UHGV virus genome: UHGV-1421865
Origin: a virus
Reading direction: 5' to 3' (one strand)
Length of the DNA: 64,000 nucleotides
The notes under the pieces are model-generated. The model saw only the letters and a list, made by a program, of their open reading frames with translations. It was not told the origin of the DNA and searched no databases. This document shows positions 19,641 through 30,002 of the stretch, piece by piece (position 1 is the first letter of the stretch; every line of letters begins with the position of its first letter). A program made the translations under genes and the position numbers.

Positions 19641-20174
19641 CTATTCTGAAAATTGAATACTATTCTTTGTCAAATATAATTTTACCGGATACCTATTGAT
19701 GTTGTTGGACACTGTCGCTCCGAAGACAGCTTCTAATGTCGCTTGAACATCTTCTGTGGTGTCAGAAACATCGAATCTATCGAAGTGAACGATGAATCGT
19801 AGATTCGACACCTTGAATGTATCCAATGTAAAGTCTTTAATACCTTTTACATCGTATCGCTCGTCGAAATTGATATTTATATGTGGCATCTGTTTGTTGA
19901 GATGTTCAAACTTGTCGTATTCGAAATAGGCATCAGTGATATTGTCCTTGTTGACACCGAAGAATTTGGGTGCCATTTTTACGCTCGTCGGCATCTGTTC
20001 CAGCAACCAACTGTCTAAATATGCCGCTACGTCTTGTTCTTGATACAGTGCCGGCGCCGATATAAAGACATCTTTGGGGTCTATCTCGTATGTTACGGTA
20101 ACATCGTTAAGACGAATAATGTCCTCTATACCTTCCGATAAATGCTCGGCAATGTATTTTTTAAGTTCTATCAT
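19641..20174 (-). CDS. Hypothetical protein, 177 aa.
   Basis: ORF with ATG start. Confidence 0.5.
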   Translation of the reverse strand: MIELKKYIAEHLSEGIEDIIRLNDVTVTYEIDPKDVFISAPALYQEQDVAAYLDSWLLEQMPTSVKMAPKFFGVNKDNITDAYFEYDKFEHLNKQMPHININFDERYDVKGIKDFTLDTFKVSNLRFIVHFDRFDVSDTTEDVQATLEAVFGATVSNNINRYPVKLYLTKNSIQFSE

Positions 20175-20266
20175 ATCTTTTGATGTACTTATATTGTCTG
20201 TTGTAGTGTTAGTATTATTTAAGCTTAATAACTACATCAACTGTACTTATATTGCCTGTTGTAGTG

Positions 20267-21388
20267 TCAGTCGTCTAAGAAGTCACTCAACAAGTCTTTC
20301 ATCTTACTGTCTGTAGATAGATAGTTCAAAATCTTCTTGATACGCGATGTGTACAACGATGTCGCAGCGATATTTTCTTTACCGTCTTCACGAGCGAAAT
20401 CACGCAGCTGTGCTTGTTTCTTGCCGTTCAGACCGTAAAATCGTTGGAATCTATCCAACTCTTGTTCACCGAACTTATTTTCAATAGCCTTGTACATCTC
20501 GGAGAATATCGATTTCATTTCACGAGCCGAAAGTGTACTGTCTGCCTGTGCCGACGGATCTGCCATACGAGTGAACAGGGAATCGACTGCATCTTCTGAC
20601 TTTGACAATGTCGCATCGCCGTCGATAGTGTTTTGTTTTACATATTTACCGTCATTGGCAGCCCTTTCTTTCTGTACTTCACCGTACGTCTTACGAATCA
20701 TATCACCTTCGCGTTTCATACCGTCTCTGATAGCATTTCTGATCATCCACGAAGCATAACCGACAAAACTCGTTGCGGCAATCTTCTCGTCGTCAGCCAT
20801 CGTCTTGTTCGGCTTACCATACTTGTTGAGTGCCCATGTGAAACCTTCCTGTGCGAAACCGAAGAGGTCGTCTTTGCTGAGGCTCGTCTTACCGACATAG
20901 CTGTTCGCGATACTGTGCATCAATGGTAAGTATTTGGTTACCAAGTGATTGCGTCCGAGTTCGGATTCGAAGTCATAAACAACAAAATCGACGGGTTTCT
21001 TTTTAGCCATGATACTGTCGAATTCTTGCCGTGTTTGGAATACCGGTACTTCTTTTACAGAGTACGAAACTGCAAGGTTATCGAGGGCCTTATACAGTTT
21101 TGCCAACGGAACGACCTTTGTTTGTCCGGCTTGGTAGAAGCTGTACAGCTTATTAGGACCTTCAAAATCGCTGAGGGGTTCCAGTTCCGGATTGTTGATA
21201 AGCCATTCTATAACAAACACACCGTCGTCGGAAAGATACTTACCGGCTACACTAAAATACCGTTGTAATTCGGCAGGTTCGAGTGTATTCATCGCACCGG
21301 GCTGGAGTTTAATGTTGCCGTTTTTAGCTTCATTCACACCAGATGATTGTGCTTCGAAATTGGACATAAAAGTTTTAAGAGATCTCAT
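20267..21388 (-). CDS. Sigma-70 family / gp55-like sigma factor with an N-terminal extension.
   Basis: Region-2-like NHLVTKYLPLMHSIANSYVG...DLFGFAQEGFTWALNKY...FVGYASWMIRNAIRDGM (compare DLIQEGNIGLMKAVEKF / FSTYATWWIRQAI). Region-4-like helix-turn-helix near the C-terminus (LRDFAREDGKENIAATSLYTSRIKKIL). Confidence 0.55.
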   Translation of the reverse strand: MRSLKTFMSNFEAQSSGVNEAKNGNIKLQPGAMNTLEPAELQRYFSVAGKYLSDDGVFVIEWLINNPELEPLSDFEGPNKLYSFYQAGQTKVVPLAKLYKALDNLAVSYSVKEVPVFQTRQEFDSIMAKKKPVDFVVYDFESELGRNHLVTKYLPLMHSIANSYVGKTSLSKDDLFGFAQEGFTWALNKYGKPNKTMADDEKIAATSFVGYASWMIRNAIRDGMKREGDMIRKTYGEVQKERAANDGKYVKQNTIDGDATLSKSEDAVDSLFTRMADPSAQADSTLSAREMKSIFSEMYKAIENKFGEQELDRFQRFYGLNGKKQAQLRDFAREDGKENIAATSLYTSRIKKILNYLSTDSKMKDLLSDFLDD

Positions 21389-21418
21389 ATATGTTATTTT
21401 ATGTTTTCTTTTTATATA

Positions 21419-21470
21419 AAAATCAAACTAGGTTTGATTTCACATTTGAGTTTTACTCAAATCAAAAATC
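21419..21470 (-). terminator. Tandem hairpins downstream of the 21576 gene.
   Basis: aaatcaaactaggtttgattt and atttgagttttactcaaat, followed by a T-rich run on the minus strand. Confidence 0.4.
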
Positions 21471-21575
21471 CAGCCGGTACAAATTATGACCACACTACAT
21501 TATTAAAAAAACTAACATAGTGTGGACGGTATATTATGGCTAATAATACTTTAAGTGGTCTGTCGGGTGAACAAA

Positions 21576-22091
21576 TTAGGAATTAACCTGTCCGGGAGTA
21601 GAAAGTTGTTCCATTCGTTGCATTACAGCTTGGTGTTTGTGTGCAACGTGGTAAACTTCTTCTGTGACACGGGTGTATTCGTCACGTGTTTGTTCGAAAT
21701 AGTCGTTGATGTCGACAATCGCTTGCCATTCCTCGTGGCCGGTGAACTGGAGTTGTCCGAGGACGCGAAGCGTTGTGTCCAAAATAGGATATGCCAGTTT
21801 ATCGTGGAACTTCTTGGTGTCCCAGAACTTATAAAGTTCAAGAAATGATTTAGTCGTCTGCCAAGGGCTCACTTGTTTGTCGAGGAACATACAAATCTTG
21901 GCATACACATTTTCGTAGCCCTTTGTTTTCTTCATCTTAAACTGATGACCTGCGACACGGGTGTTTACTTCGTCGATCTCTACAATTACTGCAGCTTCCA
22001 CCTCTTGAAGTTCTGTGAGGGATTTACCTTCGAGGCTCTTTTCGAACGCTTCGAAGTCTTGAAGCATCTGTTCTTTTTGTTTAGTACTCAT
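21576..22091 (-). CDS. Hypothetical protein.
   Basis: ATG at 22091 (MSTKQKEQ..). The track start at 22115 is a GTG. Confidence 0.5.
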   Translation of the reverse strand: MSTKQKEQMLQDFEAFEKSLEGKSLTELQEVEAAVIVEIDEVNTRVAGHQFKMKKTKGYENVYAKICMFLDKQVSPWQTTKSFLELYKFWDTKKFHDKLAYPILDTTLRVLGQLQFTGHEEWQAIVDINDYFEQTRDEYTRVTEEVYHVAHKHQAVMQRMEQLSTPGQVNS

Positions 22092-22206
22092 ATTTTGATA
22101 TATTTGATTTGTCACTGTTATAATATAGACAGTACCGTCAAGTGTATGTTTTTTAAGAGGTCAAAGCTGTACCTCAATTAGTTCTACACATGTTGGTGTG
22201 TGCTGA

Positions 22207-22713
22207 CTATAAATATATAGTCCATACCGCACCGAAAATCAGCCCGTACAGTAAAAAATGTAGTAAAAAGTATTTCAGGTTCTTGGCGTACGCTTGTCGT
22301 GACGCAATGTCGAAAACGACGAGGAAGTTATCGTGATCCACAGGCCCGACATGGTCGATGTCGCAAGTAAGGTACGTGTATAGATTCTCCATTTGAAACA
22401 GCTGTGCGATGATAGCAAGTTGTTTATATAAGAAATACTTTACTTGTTCTTCATTGTTCGTCCGCTGGTCGTCGAGTTCTATGATCGCGCTCGATATGTC
22501 TATTTTACCGTTTGTTATAATCGGGTTGATAACACCGTATATTCGTCCAATCCAGTCGGTATGAAATTCTGTTTTAAGGTACTTATACAACAGCTCTTTG
22601 AACTTGTCTGTGTATAGTATAGGTTTTACAATAGCTAATTCTCGTTTGTACGTGAAATAGGACGTTATCAGTACATACAAGTTATATAGTATAGATATTC
22701 GCTTTAGATTCAT
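22207..22713 (-). CDS. Hypothetical protein with a C-terminal hydrophobic segment.
   Basis: ORF with ATG start. Confidence 0.45.
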   Translation of the reverse strand: MNLKRISILYNLYVLITSYFTYKRELAIVKPILYTDKFKELLYKYLKTEFHTDWIGRIYGVINPIITNGKIDISSAIIELDDQRTNNEEQVKYFLYKQLAIIAQLFQMENLYTYLTCDIDHVGPVDHDNFLVVFDIASRQAYAKNLKYFLLHFLLYGLIFGAVWTIYL

Positions 22714-22785
22714 TTGTGGATTTTTATATAGACAAACAAAAATCGTTCATACTATTAAAACGACATACAAAATCTAAAACTAAAT

Positions 22786-24348
22786 ATGTTACACATACAG
22801 GATTATATGATCGTCGAAGCATACACTACTAAGTTGGTTATATCAAAAAACGAATATAAGAAAGCTACTGATATATACGACGGGATAATTAGTACCTTCG
22901 GTGCTATATATAAGACAACTACCAATTTTGATGCGCGATCAAATAAGTTAGCATATCTAATTTTCGACTATATAACTAAGACAAACGATACGGTCATCTT
23001 AAGTGGACAAGACAGTGAGAAAAAAAACACAAACAATTACCTTAAATTGAATAGAAGTTCATTTAAGAAAATGAAACTATTTTACGATAGAGAAAATGCC
23101 TTCGATATAGAAGGTGAAACATATAATGTGGGCTTTGGTAAAGATAGTGTTAACATTATAAACAACAAACACCAGTCGATAACTGTGGCTAAAGAAGGTG
23201 ACGGTTCGAATTCCTTAACGACACAACAACAAGAGAATTTTGTATGTACCGTTATTAACTATATACTGTCGCAAAATATAGACTGGGACGAACTACTAAG
23301 GCAATACAACGATACTAACAAGTTTCTTGCATTGGTGTTGTCGGCATTAGAACTAGACGAATCAAGTGATATTGCGAAAAAGATAAAGAACAGTGCATGG
23401 CATAACTCATTCCTAGGTACTTGTAAAGTCATATTAGAATTACTGGAAGGTAAAACATACAGCGACTACCAGGTTAAACGTATCGACGATACTGTCGGAA
23501 ATGCAACGGGTGTGGTAAAGACATACCTCGATTTAGTCGACGTCCTTAGAAAACCGTTAAACCAAAACAGAAACAATATCACAACGGCAGATATTCTTTT
23601 ATATAACAAAAACGAACAACAAAGTGCCGACCTAATTAAGAAAATAACAGACAGCGTCCAAGACCAAATAAAGGACAACAATACAGTCAATAGTGTAGAG
23701 AAATCCGACGCTCAACTAAAAGAGGTACGAAAATCTATAAAAGAGCAACTAATAGGACTCTGGAAAGAGCACGGTATCGTCGGTATCTCATTAAAGAAGA
23801 CAAATAAAAACGCAGGATACCAGTATTGTAATTTCGATGCAAATATCGATGCGAAAGTTGTTGTTTTCGGCTACGACATCGACGTTAAAGAAAATAGAAC
23901 AAGTATCTATATTAAATGCGATGAGAAAATTGTAAAAGAAACTATTACAAATACTAAAGACGAGAATGGAAATGTTGTTGAAAACATCGACGATAAATTA
24001 AGTAAAGACATCCTCAGTACCGACGACGAACAGAAGAAAAAATTTATATTAAAGGGTAAAACAACAATCACCATTCGTTCTTTCGGTAATAACAATTTCG
24101 GTGCAGACATCAAAATCGGAAAATCACCGACGCTGGGTAAAGTACAAGCTAATACATATAGACGTATCTTTAATAAACTTATCAATAACAAAGAGGATAC
24201 TTCAAAAGTACAATATAGTACGGTTAAACAATTCCTGGCGAGTATTCAAGAAGACAATCCTGAATCATTAAACAGCGAATTTGCAAAGTTGATAGCGTCT
24301 GGCATTAAAGTAAACAACTTTGCGTTGCCGTTTATATTGATTAAATAG
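22786..24348 (+). CDS. Hypothetical protein, 520 aa.
   Basis: Long ORF with ATG start; no clear motif. Confidence 0.55.
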   Translation: MLHIQDYMIVEAYTTKLVISKNEYKKATDIYDGIISTFGAIYKTTTNFDARSNKLAYLIFDYITKTNDTVILSGQDSEKKNTNNYLKLNRSSFKKMKLFYDRENAFDIEGETYNVGFGKDSVNIINNKHQSITVAKEGDGSNSLTTQQQENFVCTVINYILSQNIDWDELLRQYNDTNKFLALVLSALELDESSDIAKKIKNSAWHNSFLGTCKVILELLEGKTYSDYQVKRIDDTVGNATGVVKTYLDLVDVLRKPLNQNRNNITTADILLYNKNEQQSADLIKKITDSVQDQIKDNNTVNSVEKSDAQLKEVRKSIKEQLIGLWKEHGIVGISLKKTNKNAGYQYCNFDANIDAKVVVFGYDIDVKENRTSIYIKCDEKIVKETITNTKDENGNVVENIDDKLSKDILSTDDEQKKKFILKGKTTITIRSFGNNNFGADIKIGKSPTLGKVQANTYRRIFNKLINNKEDTSKVQYSTVKQFLASIQEDNPESLNSEFAKLIASGIKVNNFALPFILIK

Positions 24349-24401
24349 TCTGGTACAGCACAGATTTAGTTTATAAAAATAACTATATAATATAACATTC
24401 A

Positions 24402-25142
24402 ATGGCTATACGAATTACATCCAAGACGAAATCAGCAACATTTCGACCTACTTCGAAACTAGAACTAATCAATTATGTACGACAAGAAATAAACAAGCAA
24501 GGTCCGGATGCTGATTTGAACTTTATCGATACTTCTGAGATCACAGATATGTCTAAATTGTTCGCGGAACAAAAGATTGGAAACATCAAAATTGATTACT
24601 GGGACGTATCGAATGTGACGAACATGAGTAACATGTTTTATAACTGTAAACGATTCAATGCAGACCTGTCTCGGTGGGATGTCGGCAACGTGACCAATAT
24701 GACAGCTATGTTTTCGAATTGTTATAAATTCAATGCTGATTTATCTCATTGGGACGTCAGTAACGTTACCAATATGTCGGCTATGTTTAGTGGGTGTGAG
24801 GTTTTTGAAGGTACTGGATTAGATCGTTGGAATACGTCGAATGTCACTAGTACACGATATATGTTCTATAGTTGTAAACAACTCGATACCGATTTGTCTC
24901 GTTGGGACGTCAGCAATGTGACCGATATGGAGGGTATGTTCGGAAATTGTTATAAATTAAATTGTGACCTGTCTCGTTGGGACGTCTCTAATGTATGGAA
25001 CATGTTCTGTATGTTCGTCGAGTGTAAGGAATTTGATTCTGACTTACGAGGGTGGAACGTCTCTAATGTTACAAATAATAAAAATTTTGCCAGCGGGTGT
25101 TCAAAATCATTTCTTAATAAGTTACCGAAGTTTAACGACTAG
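24402..25142 (+). CDS. DUF285/BspA-like repeat protein, paralog 5, on the plus strand about 22 kb from the main array.
   Basis: MAIRITSKTKSATFRPTSKLELINYVRQEINKQGPDADLNFIDTSEITDMS leader, then seven WDVSNVTNM..MF..C..F repeats. Confidence 0.8.
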   Translation: MAIRITSKTKSATFRPTSKLELINYVRQEINKQGPDADLNFIDTSEITDMSKLFAEQKIGNIKIDYWDVSNVTNMSNMFYNCKRFNADLSRWDVGNVTNMTAMFSNCYKFNADLSHWDVSNVTNMSAMFSGCEVFEGTGLDRWNTSNVTSTRYMFYSCKQLDTDLSRWDVSNVTDMEGMFGNCYKLNCDLSRWDVSNVWNMFCMFVECKEFDSDLRGWNVSNVTNNKNFASGCSKSFLNKLPKFND

Positions 25143-25151
25143 TATAAATAA

Positions 25152-26888
25152 ATGATTCATTTTAATTTCAATCCAGACGATTTACGTTTTCTATTCCTAA
25201 CGTACGACAATGTTAAAGACAAAACAAATTTGGGGCTGCTAAAGAAACATCTTAATTTAGTAGACCCTATTTGTTATTTGCCTACATGGGGTAATCGTCC
25301 GAAACAGACACGTGATTTCTTATTCGAATATGTCCGTAAAGAAGACAGTAAACATATCTTTTATTGTTCGTTCGGCCTATGGAACGAGGTACGTACTTTC
25401 TTTATAACACATAATATCGAATTTGACGGTCTCCTGGACAAACCGGAACTGTTCAAAACCACGTTAAAACATACCTTCGAAGAATTCAAAGATATAGTGC
25501 AAAGTTGGGGATTAAAGTACCCACCTAGACCGTACCAACTTGAAGCGGCGTACAAAGTCTTAGATTATCGTCGTAGTTTGTCGGAATTGCCGACCCGTGC
25601 CGGTAAAACATTGATTTCTTATATCATATTCCGCTACGGAATGGAATTCTTAGGTATTAAGAAAATTCTGATGATTGTACCGTCTATTTCGCTCGTGAAA
25701 CAGGGCTTTGCTGACTTTGCAGAATACGGTGAGTTCTTTAATACAGAATGTGTGTGGGCAGGTGGAAAATTAGTTAATTCTTCCAATTTAACAATAGGTA
25801 CATTCCAGAGTCTCATTGGGTATCTGGATCCGAAGTCAAAGAAATACAATCCACAGTTCTTTAATGATTACGATTGTATTTTTGTCGACGAAACACACCG
25901 TGCTACGGCAGAGCAAACGAAGACGATTATATCACAAGACTTTGTAAAGAACGTTAAACTGTTCTTCGGTATGTCCGGTACCTTACCGAAGCCTAAAACT
26001 ATCGAATGGTATTGTCTACAGTCTATCATTGGCTGTAAGATACAAAGTATCGAACCACGCGAACTGATGGACGCCGGTTTTGTCTCGAACATCGAAATCA
26101 ACCAGATCGTCTTAGACTATCAAGACAAAGAACGAGTAAAAGATCTGTATCTAAAATGTGCAGAATACACCTGTTCTAGTTTCGATACAGACGATGACGG
26201 TAACAAAATACCGCTGAGCGACCCACAAAATCAGATCATGTTCCGAAAGTCGCTACCGATAGGACTAGCACAGGTACGAGAGAAATACCTCACTAAACAA
26301 ATCCCGAAAAACGACTACATTTCTCTTATAAAAGGATATATTAAAGACAATGCCGGTACAAACAATCTCGTCGTAGAGAAATACCTTACACATTTCCTGG
26401 ACGAACGGATAAACTATCTTATAACAGACATCCTTCCCGACTGTAAATACAATACACTTATACTGGCTCACCATACAGAATATATCGGGCGGCTTTATAG
26501 TATATTAAAAGAACAATTTAAGGACCGCCATGTCTATATGATCACCGGCGCCACGAAGTCGAAAGAACGAGAAGCAATCAAACAGTCGCTAAAAGAACAC
26601 AACGATTGTATCTTAGTCGCGTCGTATGGTACGCTTTCTACCGGTATTACATTAGCTAATCTATGTTTCGGTGTACTAATGGAATCATTTAAGTCGCCGG
26701 TGGTGAACATGCAGTCGTTGGGTCGCGGACTTGGACTGTCAAAACTAAAAGACAAATACATTGTTTACGATATTATCGACAAATTTCCTAAAGAATTGTC
26801 TAATGCAATCTACCTCCAAGGCAAACAAAAACGAAAGCTGTACGACGAATACAGGTACCCTTATAACACGACTGTTGTAAAACTATAA
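25152..26888 (+). CDS. Superfamily-2 DEAD/DEAH-box helicase (UvsW/RecG-like class).
   Basis: Walker A LPTRAGKT, motif II FVDETHRA, motif III-like SGTLP, and a C-terminal helicase domain (LVASYGTLSTGI, QSLGRGLG). Confidence 0.75.
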   Translation: MIHFNFNPDDLRFLFLTYDNVKDKTNLGLLKKHLNLVDPICYLPTWGNRPKQTRDFLFEYVRKEDSKHIFYCSFGLWNEVRTFFITHNIEFDGLLDKPELFKTTLKHTFEEFKDIVQSWGLKYPPRPYQLEAAYKVLDYRRSLSELPTRAGKTLISYIIFRYGMEFLGIKKILMIVPSISLVKQGFADFAEYGEFFNTECVWAGGKLVNSSNLTIGTFQSLIGYLDPKSKKYNPQFFNDYDCIFVDETHRATAEQTKTIISQDFVKNVKLFFGMSGTLPKPKTIEWYCLQSIIGCKIQSIEPRELMDAGFVSNIEINQIVLDYQDKERVKDLYLKCAEYTCSSFDTDDDGNKIPLSDPQNQIMFRKSLPIGLAQVREKYLTKQIPKNDYISLIKGYIKDNAGTNNLVVEKYLTHFLDERINYLITDILPDCKYNTLILAHHTEYIGRLYSILKEQFKDRHVYMITGATKSKEREAIKQSLKEHNDCILVASYGTLSTGITLANLCFGVLMESFKSPVVNMQSLGRGLGLSKLKDKYIVYDIIDKFPKELSNAIYLQGKQKRKLYDEYRYPYNTTVVKL

Positions 26889-26990
26889 AAAATCTCCCCT
26901 CTGACGCACGATTTTTATCGTACCTTGGTACTACTAAGGTCGCTACATTTGAGTGCGCCAGAGGGCCTTAAAAGTGCCTTTACGTCGATT
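26889..26990. repeat. Conserved intergenic structured palindromic element, copy 2 (plus form).
   Basis: tctgacgcacgatttttatcgtaccttggtactactaaggtcgctacatttgagtgcgccagagggccttaaaagtgcctttacg. Confidence 0.85.
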
Positions 26991-27059
26991 CTATGTTTGT
27001 ACATGTCTATACGAAAAATAGAAACTGCCAAAATCAGCTTAAAAGTAGACCAAAAAGAA

Positions 27060-27394
27060 TGAAAAAACTATCGAATTTCATTGCAGAACACTTAGACGAC
27101 AATCCAAATTCGGATGTATTGTATCGTCTGGATGTTTTTACTCGTGATAACAGTGACCTAAAAGATGACTTTATTCGTCTTAGTACTTATATAAAAGAGA
27201 ATCCGATGTCGACACGCGATGTGTTGTACACCTTCATGGAACAACATTGTCCTACACTATTCGCACAAGCGGTACAATTTTTGGTCTTTGTAGGATCTGA
27301 TACCGTGCCGGAGACGACAGATATAAAACAACTCGAAATCGATATTCCCTCGGCTGCACAGCGCCTGTGTAGAATGCTTGTACATAGCATATAA
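27060..27394 (+). CDS. Hypothetical small protein.
   Basis: ATG at 27060 (MKKLSNFIAEHL..) inside track ORF 26993..27394. Confidence 0.4.
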
Positions 27395-27412
27395 AATGAT
27401 TTAACTCAAATA

Positions 27413-29146
27413 ATGAACCAAACACCTTACTTGAGTGTTGTAATTCCAGTATACAATGAAGCAACGACAGTTGTCGATACACTAAATTCTATTCTACAGC
27501 AAGACTTCAACGGACCGTACGAGATTATATTGATCAATGATGGTTCTTCAGACAATACGTTGGACACTATAAAAGAATATGCTTACAAGTATAGTACAGA
27601 TGCTGTCGAGATTGTTATAACAAGTAATGATACTAATTTAGGCATCTCAGACAGTCTAAACAAAGGTATCGCGATGAGTAAGTCTGACATCATTGTTCGC
27701 ATCGACGCTGACAATAAAATGTTACCTGGACGACTACAACATCAATACGATACTCTACAGAGAGAACAAGAATTAGGTGTACTTGCAAGTTCGGGTATAT
27801 GTGTACAAGGTCCGGACAAAGAGTATCGTATACAATTCGGAAACGAATACCTAAGTCTTCATACATTCTCCGGCGATACAAATTACGTCGTTCACCCCGC
27901 TGTCGCATTCCGAAAGTCGATACTGATAGACAAGCTGGGACACAGACTGTACGAGTCGTATTTCAACAATGCCGAAGACATGTGGCTATGGGTGCGGTGT
28001 TTGGAACAAGGTATAAACATCCGGCATGACTCTAAAATGGTCACCGAATACCCTATGTGCAGTAGCATTTGTGATAATACATGGGTCTTGTCGCGACGAA
28101 TCGGTAAATTCTGTCGTCGTATGTTAGATGTCGAGGCGGAAGACAGTCCACAGTTGACTATTATAGTACCGTTCAAGAACGAAGGCGACGAAATTGCTTA
28201 TACTCTGCGAAATATACTAGCGACTGCCACGGCACGACCTGAGATTCTACTTATCAACGACGGTTCTGATGACAACTACAATTACAGTGCTGTAGCAAAC
28301 AAATACAGTTGTCGTTATATACACAACGAAACGTCACTGGGTGTCGGTGAAGCACGCATGCAAGGTGCACGGTGTACCCGTACCGAATTTATGATGATCA
28401 TCGACGGTCACATGCGATTCTACGACGACGGTTGGGACGAGAAAGTGATCAACATAATCCGTGAAAATAATCTATATAACGACATGCTCTGTTCACAGAC
28501 GTTAACATTATGGCGAACAGAGTCGGAAGAGTACTCAGGTTTATATAAGATAGACAACGAAGTCGGCACTAAAAGAAACAGTACGAACGGTACGGTGATT
28601 AAATTCGGAGACAGGCCGTTCGAATCACCTTGGACGTACAAAACTATTGAGGATGCTAATGTAATAGAAGGGCTTGTGAAAATACCTTGTATAATGGGTG
28701 CGTGCTATATCTGTTCAACTGAGTTTTATAATAGAATATCCGGAACGGAACATTTGGTCAATTGGGGGTGTGACGAACCGTTATTATCGATAAAAACATA
28801 CCTTGCGGGCGGGGGTTGTTATCTTATCCCGGACTTACATGTCGGACACATCTATCGCGACCGGGCACCGTATATAATACTAAACAAAACCTTGTATACT
28901 AACACGTTGTTCATGGTGTACTTATTCTGTCATTTCGACACAGAACTTAAAGAACTGTATCTCAATAAGTTACGTGAAAAGACAAGTGACGAACTATGGG
29001 CTGCTATGCACGAGAATATGGACGAAAAGGAATGGGATTTTTATATAACGAACTATTATAATCGGAACCCCCAGTGCATTTCCATTAGAGACTTCTTTAA
29101 GATGAACGATTATGCCCTACCAGACGACGGTACCAATTATGTTTAA
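27413..29146 (+). CDS. Bifunctional glycosyltransferase with two tandem family-2 (GT-A) domains.
   Basis: Domain 1: LSVVIPVYNEATTV..LINDGSSDNT..RIDADN. Domain 2: LTIIVPFKNEGDEI..LINDGSDDN..IIDGH. Confidence 0.8.
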   Translation: MNQTPYLSVVIPVYNEATTVVDTLNSILQQDFNGPYEIILINDGSSDNTLDTIKEYAYKYSTDAVEIVITSNDTNLGISDSLNKGIAMSKSDIIVRIDADNKMLPGRLQHQYDTLQREQELGVLASSGICVQGPDKEYRIQFGNEYLSLHTFSGDTNYVVHPAVAFRKSILIDKLGHRLYESYFNNAEDMWLWVRCLEQGINIRHDSKMVTEYPMCSSICDNTWVLSRRIGKFCRRMLDVEAEDSPQLTIIVPFKNEGDEIAYTLRNILATATARPEILLINDGSDDNYNYSAVANKYSCRYIHNETSLGVGEARMQGARCTRTEFMMIIDGHMRFYDDGWDEKVINIIRENNLYNDMLCSQTLTLWRTESEEYSGLYKIDNEVGTKRNSTNGTVIKFGDRPFESPWTYKTIEDANVIEGLVKIPCIMGACYICSTEFYNRISGTEHLVNWGCDEPLLSIKTYLAGGGCYLIPDLHVGHIYRDRAPYIILNKTLYTNTLFMVYLFCHFDTELKELYLNKLREKTSDELWAAMHENMDEKEWDFYITNYYNRNPQCISIRDFFKMNDYALPDDGTNYV

Positions 29147-29168
29147 GTTCTGATATAAATTAACATTG

Positions 29169-29987
29169 ATGAGCACAAATTTAGTATTTTTCGTAAGCCA
29201 TTTTGTCGATGAGTTTGTATTGTACGGATACAACAAATTACGACGGGAACTACCAGACGATCACGACTTGTTATTTATACTCGACAACTCGTGTGGGGAT
29301 AAATCCCATTATTATATAAAACAACTCGACGACAACAGTATACCCTATTATGAAATAACAGACCCTGTTTACCACGGCTGTATCGCAAAAACATACTGTA
29401 CTGTTAATCCGATTGTGTATTGTTTGAAATATATTAACGAAAATCGTGATTCTTCAAAAAATTATGACTACTATTATATAGTAGAATACGATGTTTGGTT
29501 CGGAGGTCGTTGGTCGAATATCTTCGATAGACTGAGCGGTGAACATGCCGATCTGATAGCCGGGTACTACCAAAAGAAATCGGAGCACCCGGAATGGGTA
29601 CATTGGGAATATAACTACAACTTAGACGTCACAGACGACGAGAAGATTATAAGAACATGTCTTAGCTTTTGCCGCTTGTCGTGCTCTGCGATGTATTACT
29701 TGTTGTCGTTTGTCGATACGAATAAGCTAAATTCGTTATATGAACTATGGGTACCGACCTTACTTTACGACGCAGGGTACGAATGTGTCGCGTTGGATAA
29801 ACTATCAGGACAGTTCAGTACAAAATACAATTATTTAGACTCTACGGACGGTAAACGTAAGTGCTATAGTATTTATACTTTTTATTACGATACGTTAGAA
29901 GACATACTAGAAGAACACCCTGATTTCAAAGGACATCTAATAACGCGAGTTAAGTCTCGTAACGATAATTGGAAATGGATAAAATAG
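29169..29987 (+). CDS. Hypothetical protein, possibly glycosylation-associated.
   Basis: ORF starting ATG 29169, co-directional and adjacent to the GT2 gene. Confidence 0.5.
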   Translation: MSTNLVFFVSHFVDEFVLYGYNKLRRELPDDHDLLFILDNSCGDKSHYYIKQLDDNSIPYYEITDPVYHGCIAKTYCTVNPIVYCLKYINENRDSSKNYDYYYIVEYDVWFGGRWSNIFDRLSGEHADLIAGYYQKKSEHPEWVHWEYNYNLDVTDDEKIIRTCLSFCRLSCSAMYYLLSFVDTNKLNSLYELWVPTLLYDAGYECVALDKLSGQFSTKYNYLDSTDGKRKCYSIYTFYYDTLEDILEEHPDFKGHLITRVKSRNDNWKWIK

Positions 29988-30002
29988 ATAAAAATCATTA
30001 TA

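Noticed and set aside
22786-24348. A possible PD-(D/E)xK restriction-like nuclease (YDIDV...IKCDEK).
   Set aside because: Only one weak motif-like stretch exists in a 520-aa protein. There is no partner methyltransferase and no supporting context. The evidence is too thin to call.
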